Assembly: GCA_038525605.1 (NCBI GenBank) | Contig: JBCBHL010000001.1 | Coordinates: 1 to 63,724 of the forward strand | Source of the DNA: Bacteroidota bacterium | GTDB lineage: Bacteria > Bacteroidota > Bacteroidia > Cytophagales > Cyclobacteriaceae | DNA: 63,724 bases | Reading direction: 5' to 3' | Shown here: positions 1-10,800 of the stretch, piece by piece | Layout: each line of letters begins with the position of its first letter | How positions within the stretch are numbered: the first letter of the stretch is position 1 | Position numbers and translations under genes: made by a program | Notes under the pieces: generated by a model | What the model was told of the DNA's origin: nothing | Database searches by the model: none | What the model saw: only the letters and a program-made list of their open reading frames with translations

Positions 1-1338
1 GAGGTCCTCAGCATCATGCTTCAGAAAGTTTACCTGGCTGCTAAACTTACGATCTTCATTACTAGCGGTTTCACTATCTATCAGCGGAAAGCAATGGTTT
101 TGATCATTGTGGCTAAGCCATGCGGAATAGTCGAGAATTTGCTTTAAGCCATTGGGAACCATAAAGGGAATAGGTCGATTACCCACATAAAGATAATCAG
201 CACCCAGGTCATTCATTTTCCACTTATCCAGTTCAGGTAAATAAAAATGCCCAACACTTTTCAAGTCTCTCCATTCTACAGTTTCAATATCGCTGATATC
301 TGCAATTACCCGGGGAACATTGGCTCCACCGAAGTTTTGTACTTCAACTGTTTCTCTTCTATGGTAGGAAAAAGGATCAAAATCGCTAACATCCCTTATC
401 GGAGCATTGGCAATCTCGGTATTTCTGCTGTGATAACGGTCTGTAAGCACTTTGGCAACCGGCGCTTCCACTTCAGGCGGTTCCGTCAGAGAAACCCTCA
501 CCGTATCACCAAGACCGTCTTCCAATAACGTCCCGATTCCTACAGCGGATTTAATTCGTCCATCTTCAGCCTCGCCAGCTTCTGTCACTCCCAGATGTAA
601 AGGATAAGGCTGCAATCCCTCCGCTTCAAGTCTGTTGACCAATAGCCTGTAAGCCTGCACCATCACCTGAGGATTGGAAGATTTCATACTCACCACCAGG
701 TTGTAGTATTCAAGATCTTCACAAATTCTGATAAACTCAAGAGCTGACTCTACCATTCCCAAAGGCGTATCACCATATCTGCTCATTATCCTATCGGACA
801 ACGAACCGTGATTCGTGCCGATCCGCATGGCAGTACCATGCTCTTTACAGATTTCTACCAGTGGCGAAAACTTTTCACGAATTCTTTCCAGCTCTTCCCG
901 ATAGGATTCGTCGGTATATTCTATGACTTCAAACTTCTTTTTATCTGCATAGTTCCCAGGATTTACACGAACTTTCTCAACAATCTTAGCTGCCAGCTCT
1001 GCTGCATTTGGTGTAAAATGGATATCTGCTACCAGTGGCACATTACAACCTCTCTTGCGAAGTTCATTTTTAATGTTTTCCAGATTTTTCGCTTCCTTGA
1101 TACTGGGAGCTGTGATTCTTACATATTCACATCCTGATTCAACCATTCGGAGTACCTCTTCCACAGAACCCATGGTATCCATCGTATCGACTGTTGTCAT
1201 CGATTGGACTCTGATTGGGTTATCACCTCCCATAGCTACTCCACCAATATTAACCTCCCGGGTAACTCTGCGGCTGTAAGATGTTAATGAATTACAATAA
1301 TTGATTTTATCCTTTACGGCTTTTGCTGAAATATCCAT
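1..1338 (-). CDS. ispG: 4-hydroxy-3-methylbut-2-enyl diphosphate synthase (IspG/GcpE), long Bacteroidota form. N-terminal 446 codons only; the 3' end runs off the left edge.
   Basis: My manual minus-strand translation from the ATG at 1338 gives [50 protein letters not shown]...[27 protein letters not shown]...RIGTNHGSL, which is open to position 1. This is the classic GcpE TIM-barrel signature. It is absent from the ORF track because no stop lies in the window. Confidence 0.9.
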   Translation of the reverse strand, partial: MDISAKAVKDKINYCNSLTSYSRRVTREVNIGGVAMGGDNPIRVQSMTTVDTMDTMGSVEEVLRMVESGCEYVRITAPSIKEAKNLENIKNELRKRGCNVPLVADIHFTPNAAELAAKIVEKVRVNPGNYADKKKFEVIEYTDESYREELERIREKFSPLVEICKEHGTAMRIGTNHGSLSDRIMSRYGDTPLGMVESALEFIRICEDLEYYNLVVSMKSSNPQVMVQAYRLLVNRLEAEGLQPYPLHLGVTEAGEAEDGRIKSAVGIGTLLEDGLGDTVRVSLTEPPEVEAPVAKVLTDRYHSRNTEIANAPIRDVSDFDPFSYHRRETVEVQNFGGANVPRVIADISDIETVEWRDLKSVGHFYLPELDKWKMNDLGADYLYVGNRPIPFMVPNGLKQILDYSAWLSHNDQNHCFPLIDSETASNEDRKFSSQVNFLKHDAEDL

Positions 1339-1566
1339 TTACTAAGCTTGTCTACTCTTAAAACCAGTAGCAACAATTTTTGTTACACTAAAATAATAAA
1401 GGTTATCACAAAAGATTTATTATGCTGATTTTTGATTTACTGTATTAGTCGATTTTTATGTTTAAATCATAATTTAAATGAAACTACAAAAATCGACCGC
1501 TAAAAAATGAAAAGTCAATCAATAGAAAACCACCTGTGACATTGTCTTATGGTATTTTAAAAATCG

Positions 1567-2289
1567 TCAAATATCCCCCAGTTGAGGTCTCATTACCAGG
1601 TCTTCTACTACGGTATTTCCCTGCAATGTATAGGTTGCATAGACCAAATCAGCCACATCTTCGGGCTTCATAAAGCGCTCTTTTGGAAGATCCACTCCTT
1701 CCCAGCTTGCTGTGTAAGTTGCACCAGGTAAGATAGAAGTAACTTTAACGCCAAAATCCTTCATTTCCTCTCTCAGCGCTTTACTAAAACCATGCATGGC
1801 AAACTTAGAAATACTGTAAGAGCCACCATTGTCATAGGCTTGCAAACTGGCAATAGAACATATATTAAAAATATAGCCGTTTTTAGCTTCCTTCATTCCG
1901 GGAATAATACCTCTGGAAAGGTAGTACGCACTATATAAGTTTGTCGACATCATTAATTCCAGCATACCATCCTCTTCCTGATGAGAAGCTCCAGGTATAA
2001 AAACGCCTGCGTTGTTCACCAGAATTTCTATTTTTCTACCTGTCAATTTGATGAAATCGAGAAAATCCAAAACGTTTGATTTCTTCGACATATCCACTTT
2101 ACTTACGAAAACTCTGGCATCTTCAAATTTTTCCTGAACCTCTGCTTTGAAAGCTTTAAGATCTTCCTCGTTACGGGAACAGGTAATCACATCTATTTTG
2201 TTTGCTAAGAACTTTTCAATGATTGCACGTCCAATACCTTTGGTACCACCTGTTACAACTGCTGTTTTTCTTTGATTTTGTCCTGACAT
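1567..2289 (-). CDS. Short-chain dehydrogenase/reductase (SDR) family oxidoreductase
   Basis: 240 aa. It has the N-terminal TGGTKGIGRA Rossmann motif, NNAG, and a YSISK catalytic Y-x3-K. Confidence 0.85.
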   Translation of the reverse strand: MSGQNQRKTAVVTGGTKGIGRAIIEKFLANKIDVITCSRNEEDLKAFKAEVQEKFEDARVFVSKVDMSKKSNVLDFLDFIKLTGRKIEILVNNAGVFIPGASHQEEDGMLELMMSTNLYSAYYLSRGIIPGMKEAKNGYIFNICSIASLQAYDNGGSYSISKFAMHGFSKALREEMKDFGVKVTSILPGATYTASWEGVDLPKERFMKPEDVADLVYATYTLQGNTVVEDLVMRPQLGDI

Positions 2290-2397
2290 TTAAATAGTTT
2301 CAAATACACGTCTGAGGAAATTCGTTATCTTTCAGACTTATTATTAATTTTCCGCAAGTTAATGAAATCAAAGACCAGCTCAAATTAACTCGACTAA

Positions 2398-3129
2398 ATG
2401 AAAAGTATAGGAAAGTATTTTATTTTTTTAGGCAATCTAATCATCCGGAGGGAGTCCTTTAGAACTTACATCGGATTGTTTTTTGAGGAGTGTATAAAAA
2501 TAGGGTACAATTCTGTTTTCATTGTGACGATAGTCGCAACATTTATGGGAGCGGTTACAACCATTCAGACGGCTTATAACCTCATAAGCCCGCTTATTCC
2601 TGATTATGTCATCTCACTTGTGGTAAGAGATATGACAATCCTCGAACTTGCCCCTACCATTATGGCAATTGTATTTGCCGGAAAAGTTGGTTCTAACATA
2701 GCGGGGGAATTAGGAACCATGCGAATCACCGAACAGGTTGACGCTTTGGAAGTGATGGGAATCAATGCTACTTCTTACCTGGTATTGCCTAAAGTGCTTG
2801 CCTCAATGGTTACCTACCCTATGCTGGTAGTTTTAGCAGGTTTTTTAAGCATCTACGGCGGCTATTTGACTAGTTTGCTCACCGGAATAATCACGGGTTA
2901 CGACTACATCTACGGTATCCGATTCGAATTCATTCCATTTAACGTTACCTTCGCACTCATCAAAGCATTTGTTTTTGCATTTCTGGTGGCCTCTATTTCG
3001 GCCTATAAAGGTTTTTATACCAGAGGTGGCGCGTTGGAAGTAGGTCAGGCATCAACCAGTGCTGTTACTAACAGCTGTATCGCTATTTTATGTGCAGATT
3101 ATATATTGGCTAAATTATTACTCGGATGA
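2398..3129 (+). CDS. MlaE-family ABC transporter permease
   Basis: 243 aa polytopic membrane protein with MlaE/Ttg2B-like conserved blocks (ELGTMRITEQVDALEVMGI). Its end overlaps the start of the following ATPase gene (3126-3129), which suggests translational coupling. Confidence 0.85.
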   Translation: MKSIGKYFIFLGNLIIRRESFRTYIGLFFEECIKIGYNSVFIVTIVATFMGAVTTIQTAYNLISPLIPDYVISLVVRDMTILELAPTIMAIVFAGKVGSNIAGELGTMRITEQVDALEVMGINATSYLVLPKVLASMVTYPMLVVLAGFLSIYGGYLTSLLTGIITGYDYIYGIRFEFIPFNVTFALIKAFVFAFLVASISAYKGFYTRGGALEVGQASTSAVTNSCIAILCADYILAKLLLG

Positions 3130-3884
3130 TAGAAATCAGAAACATTAAAAAGTCATTCGATGACAAGGAAATTCTAAAAGGAATAAGCGGTGAATTTCAC
3201 AAAGGCAAAACAAACCTGATCATAGGTGCCAGTGGAACAGGCAAAAGTGTCTTGCTGAAAAATATTGTCGGTCTGATAGCTCCTACGGAAGGTGAGGTGT
3301 TATATGATAACAGAAACTTCACCACCGGCGACAATCAGTTGATCACAGAGGTAAGAAGAGAAATAGGGATGCTTTTTCAGGGAAGTGCTTTGTTTGATAG
3401 TATGACCGTAGAACAGAATGTGATGTTTCCACTGAATGTGTTGACTAAAATGCCAATGGATGAAAAGCTCGAGAGAGTTAATTTTTGTCTGGAACGGGTA
3501 AGCCTGCAGAATGCCAATAAACTGATGCCCTCGGAAATTAGTGGTGGTATGATGAAAAGAGTGGGTATTGCCAGAGCTATTGTGAATAATCCAAACTATC
3601 TTTTTTGCGATGAGCCAAATTCAGGGCTGGATCCTCAAACATCGATCAGAATTGATAACCTGATAAAAGAGATTACAGACGAATATCAGATCACGACGGT
3701 AGTAGTTACACACGACATGAACAGTGTAATGGAAATTGGTGAAAACATCATGTTTCTCTACAAAGGGCATAAAATCTGGGAAGGTGATAATGAAAGTATC
3801 CTTCATGCAGATGTAGAAGAACTCAATGATTTTGTTTTCGCCAATAAAATGATGAGAAGAATCAAAAAAACGATGAAATCATGA
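3126..3884 (+). CDS. ABC transporter ATP-binding protein (MlaF-like)
   Basis: Walker A GASGTGKS, ABC signature ISGGMMKRV, Walker B LFCDEP. It is paired with the MlaE-like permease. Confidence 0.9.
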   Translation: MIEIRNIKKSFDDKEILKGISGEFHKGKTNLIIGASGTGKSVLLKNIVGLIAPTEGEVLYDNRNFTTGDNQLITEVRREIGMLFQGSALFDSMTVEQNVMFPLNVLTKMPMDEKLERVNFCLERVSLQNANKLMPSEISGGMMKRVGIARAIVNNPNYLFCDEPNSGLDPQTSIRIDNLIKEITDEYQITTVVVTHDMNSVMEIGENIMFLYKGHKIWEGDNESILHADVEELNDFVFANKMMRRIKKTMKS

Positions 3885-4477
3885 GATTGCCATGGATTTC
3901 AGTTTTCATTTTACTTGCTCTATCGATGAATGCCCATGCGCAAAAAGAGGAAGCACTTCCTTACGAAGAGATACCCTCTTATCCATCGGACTACACCTCA
4001 GGAAATGTAATTGCACGAATGATTGATGGCTTAGGTTATCGGTTCTACTGGGCTTCCGAAGGTTTAACGGCATCAGATATTGCTTATAGACCATCCGAAG
4101 ATGCCAGTAATGTTCAGGAAACGATGGTTCATATCTATGATTTATCAGTTATGATTCTTAACGCTGCGACTGGTACTCCGAATAAAAGAAGTGAGAAAAC
4201 TGAATTTAACGATCATCAGGAAATTAGGATAGCTACACTTCACAACCTCAAAAAAGCAAGTGACCTCTTTTTAAATATGGATGCTAAAGCAGTTGAAGGA
4301 CTCAACATCACATTTGCTGTTGGCGATCGAAGTACAGAAATTCCATTTTGGCATGTACTGAATGGACCGTTGGCGGATGCCATTTACCATACCGGACAGA
4401 TCGTCTCTTTCAGAAGAAGCGCCGGAAACCCAATCAACCCGAAAGTAAATGTACTTACGGGAAAAAACGGAAGCTAA
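3881..4477 (+). CDS. Secreted DinB-like family protein (putative)
   Basis: 198 aa with an N-terminal signal peptide (ALSMNAHA/QK). The C-terminal ...AIYHTGQIVSFRR resembles the H-x-GQ motif of the DinB/DUF1572 four-helix family. Motif-level evidence only. Confidence 0.4.
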   Translation: MRLPWISVFILLALSMNAHAQKEEALPYEEIPSYPSDYTSGNVIARMIDGLGYRFYWASEGLTASDIAYRPSEDASNVQETMVHIYDLSVMILNAATGTPNKRSEKTEFNDHQEIRIATLHNLKKASDLFLNMDAKAVEGLNITFAVGDRSTEIPFWHVLNGPLADAIYHTGQIVSFRRSAGNPINPKVNVLTGKNGS

Positions 4478-4622
4478 CTCTAATAGCAGTAAATCAGCTT
4501 TTACGAATTACAGATCAATTCAGATTTTTATATTTTATCAATGCTCTTTTTGGGGAGCACCTACTTTTATGAAGAAGGTTTCGAATAATAGTTTCATCTT
4601 TGCAGACTAATCAGGACGTAGT

Positions 4623-5555
4623 ATGAGCAAGCAGAGGTTACATCAAAGGAATAAACATCAGGGTCAATATGATTTCAAAGCGATGATTGCTGTTCATCCA
4701 ACACTTGCTGATCACCTGATAACCAATAAGTATGGCAATGAATCGATCGATTTCGCCAACCCAAATTCTGTCAGAGCTCTGAACGGTGCTCTATTAAAAC
4801 TATACTATGGCTTGAAGTACTGGGAAATACCCGAAAACTACCTCTGCCCTCCTATTCCGGGAAGAGCTGATTACATTCATCACATGGCGGACTTGCTGGC
4901 TGACTGCAATGGTGGGATCATACCGAAAGGAAATCGGGTCAGGTGTATGGATATCGGTACGGGATCGAGCTGCATCTATCCAATCATTGGTATTCACGAA
5001 TATGAATGGAATTTTATTGCTACGGAAACTGATTTCAAAGCACTGGAGTCGGTTGAAAATATCATCGCTAAAAACCTGAGCCTCATGGACAAAGTCGAGA
5101 TTAGGAAACAGCATCATTCCAAGAATGTACTCAAGGATGTTTTAAGCCCATCAGAAAAAATCGATTTGACCGTTTGCAATCCTCCATTTCATTCTTCTGC
5201 TGAAGAGGCAGCATCCGGTTCAAAAAGGAAAGTCAAAAACCTCAGTAAGAAAAAAACTGACAAGCCTGTTCTCAACTTTGGAGGTAAAAGTCATGAGCTA
5301 TGGTGCCCTGGTGGAGAAAAACAATTTATAAAAACGATGATTTCAGAAAGCAGAAAAGTCGCCAATGCCTGCTTCTGGTTTTCTTCTCTGGTATCAAAAG
5401 AAAGCAATTTAAATTCGATCTACGGCGCTTTAAAAAATGCCGGAGTTACTGATGTCAGGACCATCCCCATGGGACAAGGCAATAAAATCAGCAGAATAGT
5501 TGCCTGGACCTATTACAGCCCACAACAACAACAGAAATGGCGTGAAAGAGCTTGA
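4623..5555 (+). CDS. rlmF: 23S rRNA (adenine1618-N6)-methyltransferase RlmF
   Basis: 310 aa, collinear with E. coli RlmF/YbiN as I remember it: HQRNKH.., FLCPPIPGRADYIHHMADLL, CIYPIIGIHEYEW, catalytic NPPFH, LNFGG...ELWCPGGE, FWFSSLVSKESNL. Confidence 0.9.
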   Translation: MSKQRLHQRNKHQGQYDFKAMIAVHPTLADHLITNKYGNESIDFANPNSVRALNGALLKLYYGLKYWEIPENYLCPPIPGRADYIHHMADLLADCNGGIIPKGNRVRCMDIGTGSSCIYPIIGIHEYEWNFIATETDFKALESVENIIAKNLSLMDKVEIRKQHHSKNVLKDVLSPSEKIDLTVCNPPFHSSAEEAASGSKRKVKNLSKKKTDKPVLNFGGKSHELWCPGGEKQFIKTMISESRKVANACFWFSSLVSKESNLNSIYGALKNAGVTDVRTIPMGQGNKISRIVAWTYYSPQQQQKWRERA

Positions 5556-5559
5556 AAAA

Positions 5560-5596
5560 GAGTTGCGATCTGAGCTTTCAGCTCAGATCGCAACTC
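5560..5596. terminator. Bidirectional rho-independent terminator between convergent rlmF (+) and the GG-peptide triplet (-)
   Basis: Perfect 16-bp stem gagttgcgatctgagc / gctcagatcgcaactc with loop tttca. It is flanked by an A5 run upstream and a T7 run downstream. Confidence 0.8.
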
Positions 5597-5605
5597 TTTT
5601 TTTGA

Positions 5606-5719
5606 TTAATCTTTCTTTCTTGCAAATGCGGCACCCTCTTTTGCTTTGAAAGTGATTTTACCTCCTGTCAAAGCTTTCATTTCCATTTTAGTTATTTCGG
5701 AAATTTTGATCTTCTTCAT
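5606..5719 (-). CDS. Small GG-leader peptide precursor 3 (37 aa): MKKIKISEITKMEMKALTGG / KITFKAKEGAAFARKKD
   Basis: My manual translation; too short for the ORF track. The leader matches the Bacteroidota bacteriocin-type / GG natural-product precursor pattern (..EMKxLxGG). It is the third of three tandem paralogs. Confidence 0.5.
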   Translation of the reverse strand: MKKIKISEITKMEMKALTGGKITFKAKEGAAFARKKD

Positions 5720-5723
5720 AGTT

Positions 5724-5840
5724 TCAATCTTTTTTCGATTTCAGTGTCACGTTACTATAAGTCATCATTCCTGGTCTTTTAGTTTTACCCCCTACCAGCA
5801 TCTTCATTTTCTCTTTCGAAAGTTTATTGATTTTGTCCAT
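5724..5840 (-). CDS. Small GG-leader peptide precursor 2 (38 aa): MDKINKLSKEKMKMLVGG / KTKRPGMMTYSNVTLKSKKD
   Basis: My manual translation. It has the same leader architecture (LSKEKMKMLVGG) and starts 4 nt upstream-adjacent to the next paralog. Confidence 0.5.
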   Translation of the reverse strand: MDKINKLSKEKMKMLVGGKTKRPGMMTYSNVTLKSKKD

Positions 5841-5876
5841 GATCAGTGTATTGGAATTTATTTAATAAGAATGTCG

Positions 5877-5999
5877 TCAGCTTTTCTTGTAGGTCGTTCT
5901 TCCGGGCTTCTTTCTTACGATGGTATCGTTTCCTTGCTTACCACCTGTGAGACTTTTCATTTCTCTTACGGAGAGATCTTTACACTTTAGTATTTTCAT
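5877..5999 (-). CDS. Small GG-leader peptide precursor 1 (40 aa): MKILKCKDLSVREMKSLTGG / KQGNDTIVRKKPGRTTYKKS
   Basis: My manual translation with an ATG start, leader LSVREMKSLTGG, and a short, very basic core. Confidence 0.5.
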   Translation of the reverse strand: MKILKCKDLSVREMKSLTGGKQGNDTIVRKKPGRTTYKKS

Positions 6000-6108
6000 A
6001 ATTTGATGATTTAGTTCAATTCAATATACTTAATTAATTCCATTTTCTTTTTAACGATACATCGATAAAATTATACACCGAAAATCTATGAACTACAATT
6101 TACAATAA

Positions 6109-7365
6109 TCAATCAATGGATACACTTGTAAGGACCTCCCCCTTAGATAGCTGAGAGTAATAGCTAATGCCCAACTCATTGGAATTCAACCAATGCATTG
6201 GATTTCCTCTGTGATCAAAATCATAAAACTCATCGCCAGTAACCTGCGAAAAGCTGCCGGTATCCATTCTATAAACCCAAATTTCATCTTCACCACTTGC
6301 ATCAGAAATAAATGCAACCTTATTTCCATCCGGAGAAATTCTGGGCCTTGTTGCTTCAATTGAGAGGTCAAATAATCGTTTGGAGGAATTTTCGACTAGA
6401 CTATACTGATAGATAGTTCTTCGTTCCCCACTTTTTCGCGAATCCATATAGAACGTTTGCTCGTCATCGGATAAATTTAACTCCCAGCAGCTGGCCAGTC
6501 CAATGGCTTCCAGGTCTACTATCATCTTTCTTTCTTTGGTTGCCAAATCCATTTCCCAGATATTAAAGTAATAAGACTCTTGCGCCCCCTCACTTGATAG
6601 AAAATATACTTTCCTATCCTGATCTGCTAATATCATATTGGATACACTCCTGCTTTCCGGGCTATCTATTAATACCGTTTCCTCACCTGTATCTGCGTCA
6701 TGAAGGATGATTTGATCAGTATATATTGTGTAATCAATTGTTTCTGTGGTGCTGTAAATGGCTTTATTAGAGTACTTTGACCAATTATCCAGGTAAGACC
6801 TCTCTGCTAAAACACTTAGTTCCCTGGAATCAACATTGTACAAAAACAATCTTTCTGTTTCAAAAGAATCGTCGCCAAACGCTCTATAACTTAAATAAGT
6901 TTTGTCTTTTGAAAAGCGAAAAAACTCACCATATTTATCCAGCCCGGGAATGATTGCAGCAGGCCATTTTTCTTCTTTTGGGGATGTCAGTAATGTCCAG
7001 GACTCCTTACTTTCCTGCCCTACCCTGATGCTACGTATTTTAAAATAATACAATTGATTATTCTTCAGATCGCCTACTTCCACGTTGAAAACAGTGCTAT
7101 CAACCTGATCGTACAGCTCAAAATCTGTTCCGTTTTCCGACATATAAATTTCAACAAAATCAGGAGCTACCGGGATCCCGCCAGGTACGTAAGAGGTTAA
7201 AGGTCTTGGATCTGTAAGGGCAAGTGTAACTATTTCATTTCCCCTTTTAGCACTAAAATATGGTAGGTAAAAATTCTTTTCTTCTCTTTCTACTTCTAAT
7301 CCATCATCTTCTACGCATGAATACAATAAAGTAGCAATCAAAAACAAGTAGATAAATTTCTTCAT
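6109..7365 (-). CDS. Lipoprotein with a TolB-like (PD40/WD40-like) beta-propeller region
   Basis: 418 aa. It has a lipobox signal MKKFIYLFLIATLLYSC and a PD40-type repeat signature near the C-terminus (RISPDGNKVAFISDASGEDEIWVYRMDTG). The N-terminal part looks FN3-like. Confidence 0.65.
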   Translation of the reverse strand: MKKFIYLFLIATLLYSCVEDDGLEVEREEKNFYLPYFSAKRGNEIVTLALTDPRPLTSYVPGGIPVAPDFVEIYMSENGTDFELYDQVDSTVFNVEVGDLKNNQLYYFKIRSIRVGQESKESWTLLTSPKEEKWPAAIIPGLDKYGEFFRFSKDKTYLSYRAFGDDSFETERLFLYNVDSRELSVLAERSYLDNWSKYSNKAIYSTTETIDYTIYTDQIILHDADTGEETVLIDSPESRSVSNMILADQDRKVYFLSSEGAQESYYFNIWEMDLATKERKMIVDLEAIGLASCWELNLSDDEQTFYMDSRKSGERRTIYQYSLVENSSKRLFDLSIEATRPRISPDGNKVAFISDASGEDEIWVYRMDTGSFSQVTGDEFYDFDHRGNPMHWLNSNELGISYYSQLSKGEVLTSVSID

Positions 7366-7844
7366 AAGAGTAATTTTAAGTTTAACTCAGACAAACTCAG
7401 TTGTTATGTTATCAACAGGGTCGCCAGTGATTTATTTTAATATTGAATTACAACAGCAATAATCAAGCCGGAACTAAGAATAGTAGTTAATAAAGTAGAA
7501 TTTTAATAAAATGCTAACTATTCTTTCAAGGAAGCAAAATTTACTTTCATAAGATCAACTACTTTTAATCAACAGAGTAACATGGGACTGACTCCATTAG
7601 ACAATCAATTAATAATGATTATTGGTTAACTGTGTCTATCAAGTTAAGGAAGCCTAATATACCATATTGATACCATCAGTGTCTGAAGACCTCTCAATAA
7701 TTGATGATTCCTTAGGCGAGATAACTGATAGAGCTATCAACTGGATTTCCAATTCTATGACAGATAACATCGTCACGCGACTGAGAATTCTAAAAATACG
7801 AAGGCAGAGAAATTAACGCAATAGATTAACAGAAATGATCATGA

Positions 7845-10800
7845 CTACTGTTTACTGAGCGGCCATTCAATATAGAAAGTAGTCCCCTCTTCTGAGGAAT
7901 CGAACCAGATAGATCCTCCGGCGTGCTCAATTCCTCTTTTGGCTATTGCCAGACCGATCCCACTGCCCTTAATCTTCGTCGTAAAATTGGGAATAAAAAT
8001 CTTGTTATGAAACTCCTCAGGAATACCAGCTCCATTATCAGAAATCGATAATTTCACCTTTTTATCACTGTGCTTTAACTCTACAGAAACCTCTGGTTCC
8101 CTTTCCTCAGGAACAGACTGCAAAGCATTGATCAGCAAGTTATTAAAAATCCTACCGGTCAGCTTACTGTCTCCAACCACCACGAGTTCATCTGCACTAA
8201 AATTATCAGTAATATTTCCATGTTCATTTTCAAACAGGCGTACTGATTCCTTCAGCACCCCTACGATGTTAAAAGGCTGACTCTCCGGAATGGGCATTTT
8301 GGCAAATGTAGAAAACGACGTAGCAATATCGCTCAAGGTATCCACCTGTAACAACAGGTTATTGATAGACCGATGTAGGCGATCATCGGAATCGATCACT
8401 CTTTGCATTTGTTGCAAAGTCAGCTTCATGGGTGTCAGTGGATTTTTAATCTCATGGGCAACCTGTTGTGCTATTGTTTTCCATGCGGCCTCCTTCTCAC
8501 TCCTGGCCAGTGCTTTCTTGCTCTCCTCAAACTTTCTGAGCATCTGATTATATTCATCAACCAGAATCCCTATCTCATCCTTAGATTCGTACTCAAGTGG
8601 CTGATTGAGGTCGGAAAAGCTCGTTTTCTTGATCTTCTGTGTCAACAGCTTCAATGGATCGGTAAGAATTTTTACAGCGAAATAGGCAACAACGAGCGAG
8701 ACAATAAATATGAGAATGAAAATATTAATCAAACTTGTAAAAACCTCAATCTGCTGTCTTTTGAGATGATTTTTAGACTCAAAAAACGGCATTCCCATCA
8801 AACCAATCAATTCATTCGTTTTAGTATCTTTGATAGACAAATAAGAAGTTTTATACTCTAAATTCCCGATGGATTCATTCAATACTACTCGCTCTTTATT
8901 GTTGTAGATGATTTCCATCAAAGCTATTGGATTAATCTGATGCGACAGAATCTCCAAATCATAAATGTGAGGCTGACTGAAAACCACCAAATTCCCCTTC
9001 ATGTCGTAGATATATACTTCATTTTGGACAATTTCCGAGATGTTGGAAAGCCTTAAACTAACGGCATTTTCATTCATTCGGCCATCGAAAAACTGCTCCA
9101 ATAAATCGTTAATATTTTCCTCAATTCTACTGGCTCTTTTCTGGTAGCTTTTGTTGATTTCAGCTTTGTAAGAGCTATTGAGAGAATTGAGAATTGCAAC
9201 ACTTACGATGAAGAGCGGAATAAAAAATGAAGCTCCCAGATATAGCTGAATCTTGGTGGAGAAATAAAACTGTCCCCTGCCTGATGAGAAAAAATATCGA
9301 TAGACAAATATAATCAGCGTAATTCCCATTATATGCATTAAAAACAGGAATGAGAAATTTGATAATATATTCGTGAATTTATAATTAGGAGAGGTAATAA
9401 CTATCTTCTTACCCGACTTAGTATCCACACCAAAGTGATGATAATCTCCAACTTCTATGCCTGAGCCAAATATTTTTCGGTCGTCAAAATACTTGGTATC
9501 AAAATTTCTCTCAAAATTGAAATTTCCTACTTTCATGAGTACCTTGTCATTTTCATAGTAGGCATAATCAAATTTAGTAGAACTCGCTCCTGAGTATTTA
9601 TTTTCAACAAGTAATTCAGAATATACGGACCTGGAAACATACCGTTTCAGCGTCAGTTCTATCACAATAGTACCCAAAAGTCTGCTAAATCTATTGATCG
9701 GAATCGCCACAAAATAGCGGTCCTGTACTCCTGTCTTCTTTACATAGTAAATATTGGGATAATCAGTTTTACCACTGTCACCAATCTTAGCTTCGAGAAA
9801 GTCCTCAAAATTCATTTCAAACTCATTTTGTGAGAAGGGTTCTCCGAGCGCATTAAACAAGTGCACTTTGCCGTGATACCTGTCAAAATAATCCACCAGG
9901 TAATGCTTATTGATCGTTTCGGCGATTTTTCCTTTTGCCAGCTGATCGCTGTACATTCTGGTTGCTAAGAAATCATTTTTCTTTATTCTTTCTATGGTTT
10001 GAGAAAGCAGGTATTCTCCCATGATATCCCTTTCAATCAACAGGTTATTAGCAAACTTCCTTTTTTCTGTTTCTTCGTCAAACTCAAACTGTTTGTAGAT
10101 GGCGAAGCTGCCCAATACTGAAGTGATTATTGCCGCTAGGAAGAAATACAAGAACGTCAGATATCGTACCTTACCCAAATAGCGAATGGCTTTGAAATTG
10201 GCTGAAAACAACCAAAATCCTCCTAACAACAACACAAAAACCCAAAAGTGTTTTGTATTATAATAGTTGTAAGCTGTCAGTGAGATACCCACTGAAACTA
10301 CCAAAGCCCACCCTGAGAGTTGATATAGCCTTTTGAGTAACTTCAGGCTGAAGTACTGAATGAAGAAAAAAATCAACCCTGCAATGATGAATACAATGAG
10401 CGCTGTAATTCTTAGTTCATCAAAAGAGATACTGGATACGATATCCAGCTCTATTTGAGAGTTACTTAAAATGTTTCTGGTAATGTAATAGATATACCTA
10501 AAGGAAATCAATGACAAAAAAGTCATAATTGAGCATACTGCCACCCATAAAATCACAGATTTACTGATGAGAAACTTTTTCAGTAATAGCGAAAACCTTA
10601 GGCCGTACTGCACATACAAAATAATAATAAGACCAGTCAACAAGTTGAGAAACAAATCGCCCATTGAAGGGTTGAGAAATCCGTCTGTGAAATTAACCGG
10701 GTTAAAAATACCAATATTGAGAACTTTGAATGGAAATTCTCGGGCAATCATGACATATCTCATCCCTCCCAATCCGAAGACCAGCAGAAGTAAACCAAGG

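Noticed and set aside
247-1279. Three plus-strand ORFs (93, 109 and 74 aa) from the track
   Set aside because: They lie antisense to a clear, uninterrupted minus-strand ispG reading frame that runs off the window edge. Their sequences are low-complexity and show no motifs.
1448-1498. Inverted repeat gtcgattttt...aaaaatcgac downstream of the SDR gene as a possible terminator
   Set aside because: The loop of about 30 nt is too large and AT-rich for a convincing intrinsic terminator, so I did not call it.
5646-5990. Plus-strand 114-aa ORF
   Set aside because: It is a shadow ORF. The opposite strand encodes three tandem peptides with recognisable GG leaders, and the plus-strand product is Phe/Ile/Ser-rich nonsense with a non-ATG start.
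7366-7844. A 480-bp AT-rich intergenic region checked for tRNA, ncRNA or a riboswitch
   Set aside because: I could not fold a cloverleaf or recognise a conserved riboswitch core by eye. It is probably a promoter or spacer region.
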